Part shown: one piece after another, positions 33,588 through 45,148 of the stretch
How positions within the stretch are numbered: position 1 is the stretch's first letter
Layout of the letters: every line of letters starts with the position of its first letter
NCBI GenBank assembly: GCA_032718475.1
Contig: JAUCBJ010002026.1
Location: forward strand, 1-64,000
Origin: Nemertoderma westbladi
Lineage: Eukaryota > Animalia > Xenacoelomorpha
DNA: 64,000 nt
Direction of reading: 5' to 3'
Translations under genes and position numbers: made by a program
The notes under the pieces: model-generated
The model's database searches: none
Told to the model about the DNA's origin: nothing
Seen by the model: the letters and a program-made list of their open reading frames with translations, nothing else

Positions 33588-36011
33588 TAGGTGGTTGATC
33601 AGTGTCTCTCATTTGGGTCCTCATGGTTGCTATGTTTTCTGCATGCATACCATTAGTTTGCGCTGATCTTTGAAGAATGTGTACATTCTGCCCAATTCTA
33701 ACATTTTCTGATGATGGTAATTGGTTATTAACCGCAGCTAATGTATCCTTAGCAGTTACTAGTTGTTGTTGAATTCCCTCCAGAACTTGAGTGGAATAAT
33801 ATATTTCATTTTGTTTTCTTTCAAATACTTTATCATTCTCTCGGAGTTTATTTAGATCAGCTTCCTTCACATTATTTAACCTCAAAATTGCATCTTGTAC
33901 TCCCTTTAATTTGTTTAGATTTTCTGCATATGTATTTGCAAACTCACCATTATTTCCTAATGTATGTCTTAACTCTGAGATGGTGTCTCGCAGACCCTGT
34001 TGCACCCTTTTGCCTTCCTCAATTTGGGTTCTAGTTATCTCACTATCCATTGGTTTAATAATGTTTTTTGGCCTACATACTTTACCTGTTTCATTGGTCC
34101 TCCTTAACTGTTCAGGATGGGCCCCTTGCTCACCAATGACCACTTCCGACATATCTGCGGATCCATGGGTCTCATTGGTTCCATCAATGGCCAATCTACG
34201 GTGACTAATCGGTGACAAACCACTCTCAAAGGAAACACGCTCATTCTGGGGAACTCTGACTGTGCTGGACATGCATGGGTCACTAATAGTCTTCTCACCT
34301 TGTACAAAACTTACAGTAGTATGTTTAGTCTGGTTCAATCCATGTGTCTTACCTGCGGGTCCAGCCTGAGCTACTGCCGACATAGCTGCAGTTCCATAGC
34401 CAGGGTTATTATGATTAAGTTCGGGTGTCTTACCAGTTACTAGAGTTACCTTTAGTTGTTTATTATTTGATATTTTATTGTTTGTCAATTGAGCTGGAAC
34501 TGACATATCTGGACCAGGTTCAGCTTCAGCTTCCTCATCAACATCTATAATGGTAACCAAGGGGGCAGATTGTTTTAGAGAGGATGTGTCACTTTGGCAG
34601 ACGTCAGAATATGCATGTGGGTTAGATCTCGGTGGCATATCCGGCATCCGGATTAACGATGCTCGCTTTCTGTGACTGTTCTTGGCCCTCGAGGAATAGA
34701 CTTTGCTTATGTCACTATCACTTGCACCCTCATCTGATGAGGTGAAATAATTGGCCTTCCGGGTGATCCGTTTTTTGTCAAGCGAAGAGAATTTCCTTTG
34801 TATCTCCTCCCTTTTTCTTGCCATTTCAACCTCTGCAGCTAAAGCCGCTTTCTTTCGTTCGAGTTCCAATGCCCTTAATTGGTCGGCCTTAACTTTCTCT
34901 GCATCAGCTTCGGCCTTAATTTTCTCTGCCTCGGCTTCGGCCTTAATTCTATCTGTCTCGGCTTTGGCATTAATTTTATCTGCTTCGGCCTCTAATTCTA
35001 GTTCGATCACCTGTTGCTTCCTCCTTTTCTGAGCAGCATCTAATTCCAGTTGCTCCAAAGCACGCTCTTTGCCCAGTCGGTCAATGTCTTCCAACACCCG
35101 TTTAGCTTGTTTACTCCTTGGGTTCAGGCCCTGCAATCGCCGGCACAATTCTGTTTCTCCCACGATTTCTATTTGATCTGTCAGTTGTGAGATGGCATCT
35201 ACTGGGACTTCTTGTTTGTATTCTAGAACAGATTTGGATAGGACAACCACTTCTTTGAGTAAGTCATTTATCAATTTATCCAAAACAGAATCCTGAAGTC
35301 TTAGTGCCACTTCATGGAATGCCGAAAAAATTATTATTATACGCAACACTCTCTGCACCACTTCGAAATCTAATGAGGGATCAATAACTTGTGTACTCCG
35401 CTCAGCATGGAGTCAAATTTTAAGTTGCTCAATTTGTTTACTAAAGCCTTGCTTAAATGTTCTCGCCATCCTTTGATAAGTCATGGATTCTGTCACTGAT
35501 TTTGGCATTTTTAATTTTTGTAAATCTTCTACAGTAGCATCACCTAGGTTAAAAAACCTGTGTAACTTGGGGAAATTGTGCTGGCGTAATACCTCTCTTT
35601 GAAACTCACCTGCAGAATATCCTGCATGGAGTGTTGATGTTGGTTTATAAGTCTCTATTGCCTCTAGCAGGCGGATTAATTGATTCGGTGGCAGCCTCGT
35701 TAAGGGATCTTTAAACGAGGTGTCAGAACCAGAACCTTTAGATGAACTGACTTCACTTACACTAGCTGGAATGGATTCAGATTGGGGGTGTGAAGCCTCA
35801 CCTATTATCGGTCCACCTATTTATTGTATTATGAGAGGCCTGGTTACCTTGTATAATTTCATTGTCAGGCAATACAGTCATGTTCATGTCATTTCTGCTG
35901 TAAATATCATCCCTGTCATAATTGTAACTGTCACTACTATAAGTGGGACTTCTTTGTGTTCTGACGTCCACACTTGCTGCTTGTTCTCGCTGGGAAGTCT
36001 TATTTTTCCAT
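33577..36011 (-). pseudogene. Element A gag N-terminal extension (coiled coil)
   Basis: ORF 33577-35361 is E/K/A-rich. The same frame extends upstream through one TGA to ~35820 and aligns by eye with ORF 58104-58967 of element C. The start position is uncertain. Confidence 0.7.
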
Positions 36012-36999
36012 TAATGCAAGTCTTACTGTCGATCTGCCGCTGAACGCAATACAACTGAGCGTTCAAATCCCTTACCGTACTCACTATACCGAACACCAAC
36101 AGGATTGATATGGGACCAATTAATCCAGTTTTCATGCAGTCAAGACGGGAACAGCACAAACACATTCAGTCACCTGAAATCACACTCACAAATAAGCAAT
36201 TCACAATCGAAACACAAACAACACAGTACAGAAAAATTTCTTCAAATACCTCTCCCAGAATATTTAGATAGATACTCGATTTACTATTAAGACGAGATTG
36301 ACACCAAGCGAGATATAATTACGCAAGGGACGTCCGGGACGTCCTATCAAAAAGGTGGGGGACACGCAGTTCGTTAGCCGCTTGAAATATTTGAGTGCAG
36401 AATCTACACTGAACTGTTAAATGCTACAACAATAAATGTACATACTGTAATTGTAAACATTCAGGTAAATAAATTTTTACAACTCCTATTCTATACACAG
36501 TAAATCTATTTATAACACCAACAGGTGTAAACCTAAAATATTCTATTCAGAATGTCCTAAATAGCCTACTCTAGAATTACAGATAAGGACAATGCAACAA
36601 TAAATGCGAGGAGAAAAATTCACCAGGTGGATAATATTCGCTGGCGAAATCTTCACTGAGTTAAATATTCACTGTTAGCGCTACAATTCAATTTTGCAAA
36701 TAATGAGCCTAAACTTACGACCAGCTGTATATACAAGAAACGGGCGCTAGTAACCGTTACTTGTACTCGTAGAATAATTTATTGTTGCATATAAAACTGG
36801 CGTTACTATAAACAGATTTGAAAACCCGTATAAATAGTTCCTTTAAGTTGTGTGTCTGGGCTGCTTACGTCTTTATGTCTAACTGAAAACTGTATTCATT
36901 CGAGACTTATGGAAGTCGGATTTATGAAACTGACAATCCGAGATACCGATGTCACAGGAATTAATTTTGTGCACGTATTAAAATATGTTAGTTTGCTAT

Positions 37000-37292
37000 T
37001 GTAATAGGAATATAACAGTATCGGTAGCGTATAGCCTTTACTTTGTTTTAGGTTAGGCATAGGCCTGTAGAACGTGGTTAGAATTTGTTGCTAATATAAC
37101 TAAACTATATATATGATGATATTATTATGGTGATCAAATGGTGATGTACAGATGTTCTGATGTGATTATATTTTGTTATTATATTTTATTATACAGTCCC
37201 TATATTATGATGAACCAAGTATAAGCAACAGACTACGTTATTTATATGATCGGGTTGATGCAGATAAGAGCATGATGAGATAGCTTATTACA
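37000..37292 (+). repeat. 5' LTR of the Gypsy element
   Basis: Matches 43060-43356 apart from a ~4-bp indel in an AT run. Confidence 0.97.
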
Positions 37293-37306
37293 TGGAGGTC
37301 CCACCG
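37293..37306 (+). promoter_or_regulatory. Primer binding site, probably tRNA-Gln
   Basis: TGGAGGTCCCACCG directly follows the LTR and is complementary to the ...CGGTGGGACCT-CCA 3' end typical of eukaryotic tRNA-Gln. Confidence 0.75.
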
Positions 37307-37462
37307 GCTGCATTCACTACGATCTATAGGGTAAGGGTATACAGGCTTATGTTTAACATCTAGAGGTGGGTTATGCGGTAAGTAGCAGAACTGGAGCGTG
37401 TTACTCGTCAAACTGCCGAAGAAACGAAAGATATTTATCACGGGGAGATTAGAAAAGCAGCA

Positions 37463-38800
37463 ATGAGTGAGGAGAAAAAGTCGAAACAGACATCGAAGGG
37501 TGCTGCAGGAGGTGATACAGGGTTTGCAACTGACTTGAGCAACATCGCACAAATGTTCAGTACTGTTATGCAACAACAGATGGAAAATCAGGCGAGAATG
37601 TTTACTCAAATGATGGAGAAACTTTACGATAAAGATGCCGCACGTTTAGAGAGTGATCGCATTGTAGCAGAAGAGAGAAATCGTCGGGAAGAAGAGATGT
37701 TCCGATCTCTTCTGAATAACCAGGAACGTTTGGGAAGAGATTATGAGGGTGACGATCCTATGTATTCGGCAACGGGTTCTAGAGATATGAGTAGGCGTTC
37801 CACGAAATTAACTGAAAAAATTCCTCCTTTCGACCCAAAAACAATGTCAATCCAAGAATGGTTTGATGAGTATTATGACAGGGTAATGACTGATTCCCAG
37901 GTCGGAGCAGAAGAGAAGAAGAACCGTTTACTAGTGAAAATTGGTCGACTTCATACAATGCTAGAAGAAACCTTAGACGAGTCGGATAAGGAGAGTTATG
38001 ATTCATTAAAGAAAGCTGTAATAGGAATTCTTGGGGACAGTAGAAGGAGTACAGCTACTGAAGTTGCCTCCTGTAAACAGGGTATTAATGAATCTTTACC
38101 TGAATTTATTGAACGATTCATGGTTTGTGTTCGACGTCGTAAGGAAGAAGTAGACGGTGTTGGTGAAACTCCATTACTTCAGGATTTCTTTGCTGTTAAT
38201 ATCCGTTCTGGACTTAGTGGACGTCTGCGAGGTTGGCGACGACTTCATCCTGACTCAACTTGGAAAGAGTTATTCCAACAAGCAAATGCACTAGATATGG
38301 AACATGCTGTAGAGCCGAAATGTTCAGTAACTACATCTTCAATTGATTATAAATCGAGTAATTATAACAAATCAAAGTCTAGTTCAAATAATAATGCTAA
38401 TTTTTCTACTAACACAGAAATTGTAAAGAAACCAAATGTCCATTGTTATAATTGTGGAAAATATGGTCATTTTGCTTATGATTGTCGCTCACCTATTAAG
38501 TGTCATGGTTGTGGAAAGTCCGGACATCGTATAAAAGACTGTTATAAGAACAATAAAAAGAAGGATGACAAGAATAAATGCAAAGGTAAGACAGATGATA
38601 AATATCAACAATCTTCTTTATCTTGTAACACAGTTATTGTGGGATACGATAAATGTAATCATACTCAAGATGATTATAATGAAGCACCAACTGTGAGCAA
38701 AGGGGAAGGTGCAATATCATCAGCAATTGATGCCAGAAAAACTAACTCTACAATGGAGGGTAAATCTAAATTGCCATGGAATGGTCAGCATTTACGATGA
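37463..38800 (+). CDS. gag: Gypsy Gag
   Basis: IPPFDP...EWF, QGINESLPEFIERF (major homology region-like), two CCHC knuckles CYNCGKYGHFAYDC and CHGCGKSGHRIKDC. Confidence 0.93.
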   Translation: MSEEKKSKQTSKGAAGGDTGFATDLSNIAQMFSTVMQQQMENQARMFTQMMEKLYDKDAARLESDRIVAEERNRREEEMFRSLLNNQERLGRDYEGDDPMYSATGSRDMSRRSTKLTEKIPPFDPKTMSIQEWFDEYYDRVMTDSQVGAEEKKNRLLVKIGRLHTMLEETLDESDKESYDSLKKAVIGILGDSRRSTATEVASCKQGINESLPEFIERFMVCVRRRKEEVDGVGETPLLQDFFAVNIRSGLSGRLRGWRRLHPDSTWKELFQQANALDMEHAVEPKCSVTTSSIDYKSSNYNKSKSSSNNNANFSTNTEIVKKPNVHCYNCGKYGHFAYDCRSPIKCHGCGKSGHRIKDCYKNNKKKDDKNKCKGKTDDKYQQSSLSCNTVIVGYDKCNHTQDDYNEAPTVSKGEGAISSAIDARKTNSTMEGKSKLPWNGQHLR

Positions 38801-38809
38801 TGTTTTACA

Positions 38810-41800
38810 TTGGCAACGGTAGGGGGTATAGATTATCGTTCTTTCGTCGATGGGGGTAGTGAAGTATCAATAATATCTGAGGCTGCTTTGGACAGAATAC
38901 AGTCTCTTACATCAACGAAAGTTCAGGTATTACCGCCGCCAGTGGAACCAAAGTCTGAGTCTGGTCATGTCATGGATATAACGGGATCAGTAATGTTGAA
39001 TATGCAGTTAGGGAGAAAGCAACATACCGTAGAATTATTAGTGGGTCGTAGTGGACAACATGATGTATTAATTGGCTTGGATTTGCTAGGTGCATTCCGT
39101 ATTTGTATGAGATGGAATGTTAGCGGAGATATAATCCTCGAAATGGATGGTGAGGAACTGATCAGTGAAACAGTTATACGTTCTTATGGGGATAAGACGA
39201 TTGCAACTGTATGGTGTAATGATATAGTAATAATACCTCCACGGAGTCGACAGATGATAACTGGATATGTAGATAATGCTATGAATAGGGGAGATTCTCT
39301 TTTATTTGAGCAGTCTGAATCTTTAACAAAGAAACATGGTCTCAATGCAGCAAGATCACTTACCAAAGTTGATGAGTTACAACGTATACCTGTGCAGGTT
39401 CTAAATACATCTAACATGGAAATGCAAATCAATAAGAAGACTAAACTTGGATCGGTAGAATATATTGAGACTATACATGAGATTAATAATACAGATGGTG
39501 ATGATAGGGAAGATGATAGTGATATGGAATGTATGTCTATGCCTGTACCAGATGTTTTATCAGAGCCATGGACTAGGGAAACATTTGAATCCGAACTTCA
39601 AATAGGGGATGATTCCAGTCACGAGGAGAAAGATGAACTTGTTAATATATTATACAATCATTGTCATGTATTTGCCAGAAATGAAGCTGATTTAGGTTTA
39701 GTGGAGGGTGTGTCTCACCATATTGATACAGGAGACTCAAAACCAATTAGAGTTAAAGGTGTTAGAACTCCGAAATCGCATTGGCCAGTTATTGAGAAAC
39801 AAATAAATCATATGTTAGAAAATGATGTGATAGAACGTTCTGAGAGTCCATGGTTGTTTAGGCCGGTGCTTGCTCTTAAGAAAGGTGGTGGTATACGATT
39901 TTGTATTGATTTTAGGCCGTTAAATGCAGTGACAAAGAGGGATGCTTATCCTTTACCATCGGTTACTGAGTTAATTGACTGTATTGGAGCACCACCGAGG
40001 GGGGCAAAACGTCTTTATTGTAGTACTCTTGACGTTTATTTGGCTTATTGGACTGTAAAGATTGAACCAAAGGACAAGGAGAAGACAGCATTTTCAACTC
40101 ATATGGGTTTATTTCATTTTAAACGTATGCCGTTTGGTTTGACCAATGCACCTGCAACATTTCAGCGCTTAATGGAACTGACATTATCGGGACTGCAATA
40201 TATTACTTGTCTAATATATCTCGATGATATTTTAATATTTGCATTTGGTTCTGAAGAACACTTAAAGCGATTAGAAACTGTCTTAGTAGCATTGGAAAGA
40301 GTTGGAATGAAATTAAAGTTGAAGAAATGTAAATTCTTAAATTCTAGAATATACTATCTGGGACATATTATTGACATAGATGGACGACATCCCGACCCTG
40401 AGACTGTTTCAAAGTTATTGTCAATTCCATCATTGAAGTCGAAGAAGGAGATTAGAATGTTCACAGGATTGGCGTCATACTATAGAATATACATACCGCA
40501 TTGTTCATATAGAATGAAACCCTTGACAAACCTCATGAAAGATGATGTTGAGTTCATTTGGGGGGAAGAGCAACAATCAGCTGTGGATGATATTAAACAC
40601 GCACTTACTAATCCGCCATGTTTAGCACATGCTGATTTTACTAAGGACTTTATATTACATACAGATGCATGCAAGAAAGGCTTGGGAGCAGTGTTAGCAC
40701 AACACAATGAAAACAATCGTGTGCAGCCAGTTGCATATGCATCTCGAACTTTACATGGGGGTGAAGTAAACTACTCTATTAGTGACTTGGAATGTTTGGG
40801 CGTTGTTTGGGCCGTTAAACATTTCCGTCCGTATCTTTATGGGGGAAAATTCCAGATATACACTGATCATTCAGCACTAACTTACTTGCTGACAGCTAAA
40901 CAGCTGGAAGGGCGTCTAGCACGTTGGGCGTTATGGTTAAGTCAATTTAATTGCACCATTCATTATAGACCGGGTAATAAACATCAAGATGCTGATGCAC
41001 TTAGTCGATTACTACCTACTTGTTGTCCTGATAAAACACTAGGAAACTGCCCTTTAGATAATGAAGTAGATTTAATAAATAGAGATAAGGTTATTATTAA
41101 TGCTATTGATGTTCCTTTAAAAGTTGATATATCTGTGAAACAAAGACATGATGTTCAATTGAATAAGTTGATTGATTACCTTGAGTCTGGTACCATACCA
41201 TCGAGTTCGAAAGAAGCAAAACGTAAAGTATTAGAAGCGCAATATTATGAGATTAATAACTCCATACTATATTATCGAATGAAATTTAAGAGAAGTTCTA
41301 AAGTGAAACTACTTACTGTTGTACCGAAATCGTTACGCGTTGAGTTATTGCGAGAATATCATACGGCACATTCGTCTGGACATTTTGCAACAAGTAAAAT
41401 GTATGAAACATTGTTGAAATTCTACTATTGGCCCGGAATGTACCGTGATGTGAATCGACATTACAAGTCATGTGTGAGATGCATCGAGACACGCGACTTG
41501 CGGCAAAGACACGAATTGGAGTCGATCGAAGTTGAACGACCTTTCGAGCGGGTTGGGGTCGATCTGCTGGGTCCGTTCATTCCGACGGAGTATTATAACA
41601 CATATATTGCTGTATTTATCGATTATCTAACTAAATACGCGGAATTCGTTCCTTTGCAGGATGCAAAAGCGGATTCTACAGCAACGGCGTTAATGAATCG
41701 CGTGGTCCTACGATATGGGGCACCTGAGATATTGTTATCTGATCAAGGTCCAAACTTTCGATCAAAACTCGTTGAAGAATTAACGCAGAGGTGTGAAACG

Positions 41801-42667
41801 CAGAAGGTTTATACTGTGCCTTACCACCCTCAATCGGATGGGTTGGCCGAGCGCACAATTGGCACAGTCATACGATTATTACGTTCGCTGACTGACCATC
41901 GTGGGCGGGATTGGGATATCCTATTGCCAGTCATTCAATTTGCTTACAACATTACTGTACACGCATCCACGGGACATACACCATTTTATTTATTACATGG
42001 TTTCGAAGCACGTAGACCCGCAGATAATATGATTTTACCAGAGGGTGATAAATTTACCCCTCATAAACGTGCTAAATTAATTGGTGAACATATGTCAGTT
42101 GTTTGGAATTTAGCTCGTAGAAATATTTTAATTTCTCAAAATAGACAAAAACAAAATTATGACCGTAAAGTGAGAGATGAGATTATTAATATTGGTGACA
42201 TTGTTTGGGCCAGAAACCACTCAGTCAAACCTGGCACTGATCATAAACTTGCACCAAAATTTAATGGACCATATAGAGTAAGTGAAATAAATAATAAGAA
42301 TTTATCTATTGTACCTATTAACGAGATAAATAATAATAATGTAAAAGTTATTAGTAGAGACAACGTTCGTTTGAGAGTCGGTCCCTACCTACCGCCTTTA
42401 CCTACGAATGTTACAGTTTCTGGGCGTAGTCCGAAACCATTGCTTGGTCGTGATTACGATAGTCAGAAAAACTCCCATCAAAATACTCGTAATGTAGACG
42501 AAACCATTGTTTATCCGTGCCCTATTTGTGGAATTCCTTGGTTTTCGGAAGGTAATTACATGGTCGCCTGTGACGGATGCCTTGAATGGTTCCATTTTGA
42601 TTGTGTTGGTCTTGTAGATGAACCTAAGGAAGATAAATGGTTTTGTAGTGATTGTGACAGAAAATAA
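38810..42667 (+). CDS. pol: Gypsy Pol: protease, RT, RNase H, integrase, C-terminal PHD finger
   Basis: FVDGGSEVSII; RFCIDFR, MPFGLTNAPATFQ, YLDD; TDAC, LECLGV, ADALSR; GHF...CVRC, GVDLLGP, SDQGPNF, DGLAER; GPY; C4HC3 PHD at the C-terminus. Confidence 0.96.
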   Translation: MATVGGIDYRSFVDGGSEVSIISEAALDRIQSLTSTKVQVLPPPVEPKSESGHVMDITGSVMLNMQLGRKQHTVELLVGRSGQHDVLIGLDLLGAFRICMRWNVSGDIILEMDGEELISETVIRSYGDKTIATVWCNDIVIIPPRSRQMITGYVDNAMNRGDSLLFEQSESLTKKHGLNAARSLTKVDELQRIPVQVLNTSNMEMQINKKTKLGSVEYIETIHEINNTDGDDREDDSDMECMSMPVPDVLSEPWTRETFESELQIGDDSSHEEKDELVNILYNHCHVFARNEADLGLVEGVSHHIDTGDSKPIRVKGVRTPKSHWPVIEKQINHMLENDVIERSESPWLFRPVLALKKGGGIRFCIDFRPLNAVTKRDAYPLPSVTELIDCIGAPPRGAKRLYCSTLDVYLAYWTVKIEPKDKEKTAFSTHMGLFHFKRMPFGLTNAPATFQRLMELTLSGLQYITCLIYLDDILIFAFGSEEHLKRLETVLVALERVGMKLKLKKCKFLNSRIYYLGHIIDIDGRHPDPETVSKLLSIPSLKSKKEIRMFTGLASYYRIYIPHCSYRMKPLTNLMKDDVEFIWGEEQQSAVDDIKHALTNPPCLAHADFTKDFILHTDACKKGLGAVLAQHNENNRVQPVAYASRTLHGGEVNYSISDLECLGVVWAVKHFRPYLYGGKFQIYTDHSALTYLLTAKQLEGRLARWALWLSQFNCTIHYRPGNKHQDADALSRLLPTCCPDKTLGNCPLDNEVDLINRDKVIINAIDVPLKVDISVKQRHDVQLNKLIDYLESGTIPSSSKEAKRKVLEAQYYEINNSILYYRMKFKRSSKVKLLTVVPKSLRVELLREYHTAHSSGHFATSKMYETLLKFYYWPGMYRDVNRHYKSCVRCIETRDLRQRHELESIEVERPFERVGVDLLGPFIPTEYYNTYIAVFIDYLTKYAEFVPLQDAKADSTATALMNRVVLRYGAPEILLSDQGPNFRSKLVEELTQRCETQKVYTVPYHPQSDGLAERTIGTVIRLLRSLTDHRGRDWDILLPVIQFAYNITVHASTGHTPFYLLHGFEARRPADNMILPEGDKFTPHKRAKLIGEHMSVVWNLARRNILISQNRQKQNYDRKVRDEIINIGDIVWARNHSVKPGTDHKLAPKFNGPYRVSEINNKNLSIVPINEINNNNVKVISRDNVRLRVGPYLPPLPTNVTVSGRSPKPLLGRDYDSQKNSHQNTRNVDETIVYPCPICGIPWFSEGNYMVACDGCLEWFHFDCVGLVDEPKEDKWFCSDCDRK

Positions 42668-43059
42668 TTATTCTTTTTTTATGAAATAAGTTAGAACGAA
42701 ATTGAAACGATGTTACGGGAGTATATTTTGATGGCAATTACAATGTAATTAATAATTTAATTATTGTGCATATATTTTTAATTTGTATTTGGAAAACTAT
42801 TTTTTGTGATGAAGGAAAGGAGTATTGCAGTTGTAATAGATTAAAGCATTTGGTACACCTAACAATGTACTATATAGATAATTTGATTGATACGATTATT
42901 ATAAACTGAAAGTATTTTGTGAATTTATTTTGAGTGCGTTAATTACGATTATAATATAAAGAATTGAGATATGTTATTTTTTTAAGATAGTAGAATATTA
43001 ATAGTGTAATAATTTTTTGTAATTTTGAAGATCGAGTCGATCTTTATTTCCAAGGTGGA

Positions 43060-43356
43060 TGTAATAGGAATATAACAGTATCGGTAGCGTATAGCCTTTA
43101 CTTTGTTTTAGGTTAGGCATAGGCCTGTAGAACGTGGTTAGAATTTGTTGCTAATATAACTAAACTATATATAAAAATGATGATATTATTATGGTGATCA
43201 AATGGTGATGTACAGATGTTCTGATGTGATTATATTTTGTTATTATATTTTATTATACAGTCCCTATATTATGATGAACCAAGTATAAGCAACAGACTAC
43301 GTTATTTATATGATCGGGTTGATGCAGATAAGAGCATGATGAGATAGCTTATTACA
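43060..43356 (+). repeat. 3' LTR of the Gypsy element
   Basis: Direct repeat of the 5' LTR, preceded by hairpin AAGATCGAGTCGATCTT and a short purine-rich tract. Confidence 0.97.
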
Positions 43357-44286
43357 CTATTAATATTAGGCATCATATGACAATACCCCATTGCGATGAG
43401 TTGCAATACCGTACAGTCTATAGACCACCAACCTCAATGTTATTGTGCTACCAACGTTAATCAACAACAGAATGACTTGAATCCATTCTCTTTATCTTTA
43501 TCGATAACATAATAATAACATAAATCGCAATAATTCAACTGATATAACAAATTAATTAATAGACAAACAATAAATCGACATAATACGAATCAATATCACA
43601 AATTGACATCGGCAATATCACGAATTGACGTGAATATTCCGACCCACAAATCTACTAACAGCTAGTGAGTTGTTAACTAATAAATCTTCAATAGTTAGGC
43701 TGACAAACTGATATAATGCTATACTATATATAGGCTGGGGCTGGTAAGCTGAATGCAAATGGGTATTAGCCAATCAGAGCTATTCTGCATGGCCCTTGCA
43801 GTATAACATAATAATTCCCTGGCAGAAGTAAATTAACAATATGGGGCGAGCCTGCGAGGTAAATGCCATTCACTAGTGGCATTAACAACTATTATGGTTT
43901 CATACCAAGTCACTAAAATTATCAATATGGGGGTTTTCAGGGTCGGTGATTTCATTTCTGATGTCAGTTATAATGTTTGGTGGTATCTAATATGTCTGTC
44001 TGACAGTTTGACTGTCTGTCTGTCTTCTAAATTTTGAAGGACAAACTGATATCCCGTCTTCCAGTAATCGTTACAATGTATTCATAAACTGAAACTCGTT
44101 GAGAGAGAACCAAACTACAGTGGACTGCAAGACAGATATGCTGAGTGCTGAGATGGCTGCATGGGTAGGCCTATATACGAGTTAGCAGGATGTGTGTAGT
44201 GTAGTACTGTTGTAGTAGGCCTACTGCTACAGTCAGGCACAGCAATGTAGTACCGTACCTAATGATGTAATACAGTAATGAACCGG

Positions 44287-45148
44287 TGTAACAGGAAAAT
44301 ATGCCCCCCCGGGCAAATTTCCCTAGGAAAAAATGCCCCCCCTTAGGAAATTATGCCCCCCCTGAATTATACAATAATAAACAAAACTTATTACTACTAA
44401 AACTTACAAAAATTATACAAAACAATAAACAGTCACTTCACCAAATGAAGGAAAGGAGCAGGTTACAGAGGCATGCCTTTCTAACCAAAACAATAAACGA
44501 TCATTTAACTAATTGAGGGAAAGGAGCAGGTTACAGAGGCGGGATTTTCTAACCAAAACAATAAACAGTCACTTTAGCAAATCAGGGAAAGGAGCAGGTT
44601 ACAGAGACGGGATTTTCTAACCAAAACAATAAACGATAACATTACCAATTGAGAGAAAGGAGCAGGTTACAGAGGCGGGATTTTCTAACCAAAACAATAA
44701 ACAATCACTTTACCAAATCAGGGAAAGGAGCAGGTTACAGACTTAAAAAAGCTTGGAGCTGCTCGGCGCCCACACAACACCACACACTCGCACTGCTGTT
44801 ATACCAGTACTTACTACAGTAGCCTACTGACTTAGATACTTCAGTATGCTGTTCTACATCCCTTACTGCCTTACCTGCTTACCTACCGGCAGACCGGTAC
44901 CGTACTATTCTTCCAGCTATTACAAGTTCTGCAGTTGGTAGATTAAAAGTGGCTACCAGCAGACCGGTATCGTACCAGTTTTCAGACTTTTGAGGGGGGC
45001 TAATTTTCCTGAGGGGAGGCATTATTTCCTAAGGAGAAATGCCCCCCCGGGCTAAATTTCCTAGGAAAAATTGCCCGGGGGGACATAATATCCTAGGAAA
45101 TAATGCCCCGGGGGGCATATTCTAGGGGGGGCTGATTTCCTTGTGACA
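44287..45148. mobile_element. Non-autonomous Ginger1-like DNA transposon
   Basis: CCGG|TGTAACAGGAAAATATGCCCCCC...GGGGGGCTGATTTCCTTGTGACA|CCGG: TGT..ACA termini, imperfect modular TIRs and a CCGG flank on both sides. Confidence 0.7.
44419..44741. repeat. 68-bp tandem repeat, about 4.7 copies
   Basis: AACAATAAAC recurs at 44421, 44489 and 44557; each unit contains AAAGGAGCAGGTTACAGA. Confidence 0.9.

Larger units (their letters stand above)
37000..43356 (+). mobile_element. Complete Gypsy LTR retrotransposon (6.36 kb) with a PHD-finger integrase
   Basis: TG...CA LTRs at 37000-37292 and 43060-43356, 4-bp TSD CTAT (36996-36999, 43357-43360), PBS, gag and pol. Confidence 0.97.

Noticed and set aside
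42505-42667. Host PHD-finger gene
   Set aside because: It is in frame with integrase and inside the LTR pair.
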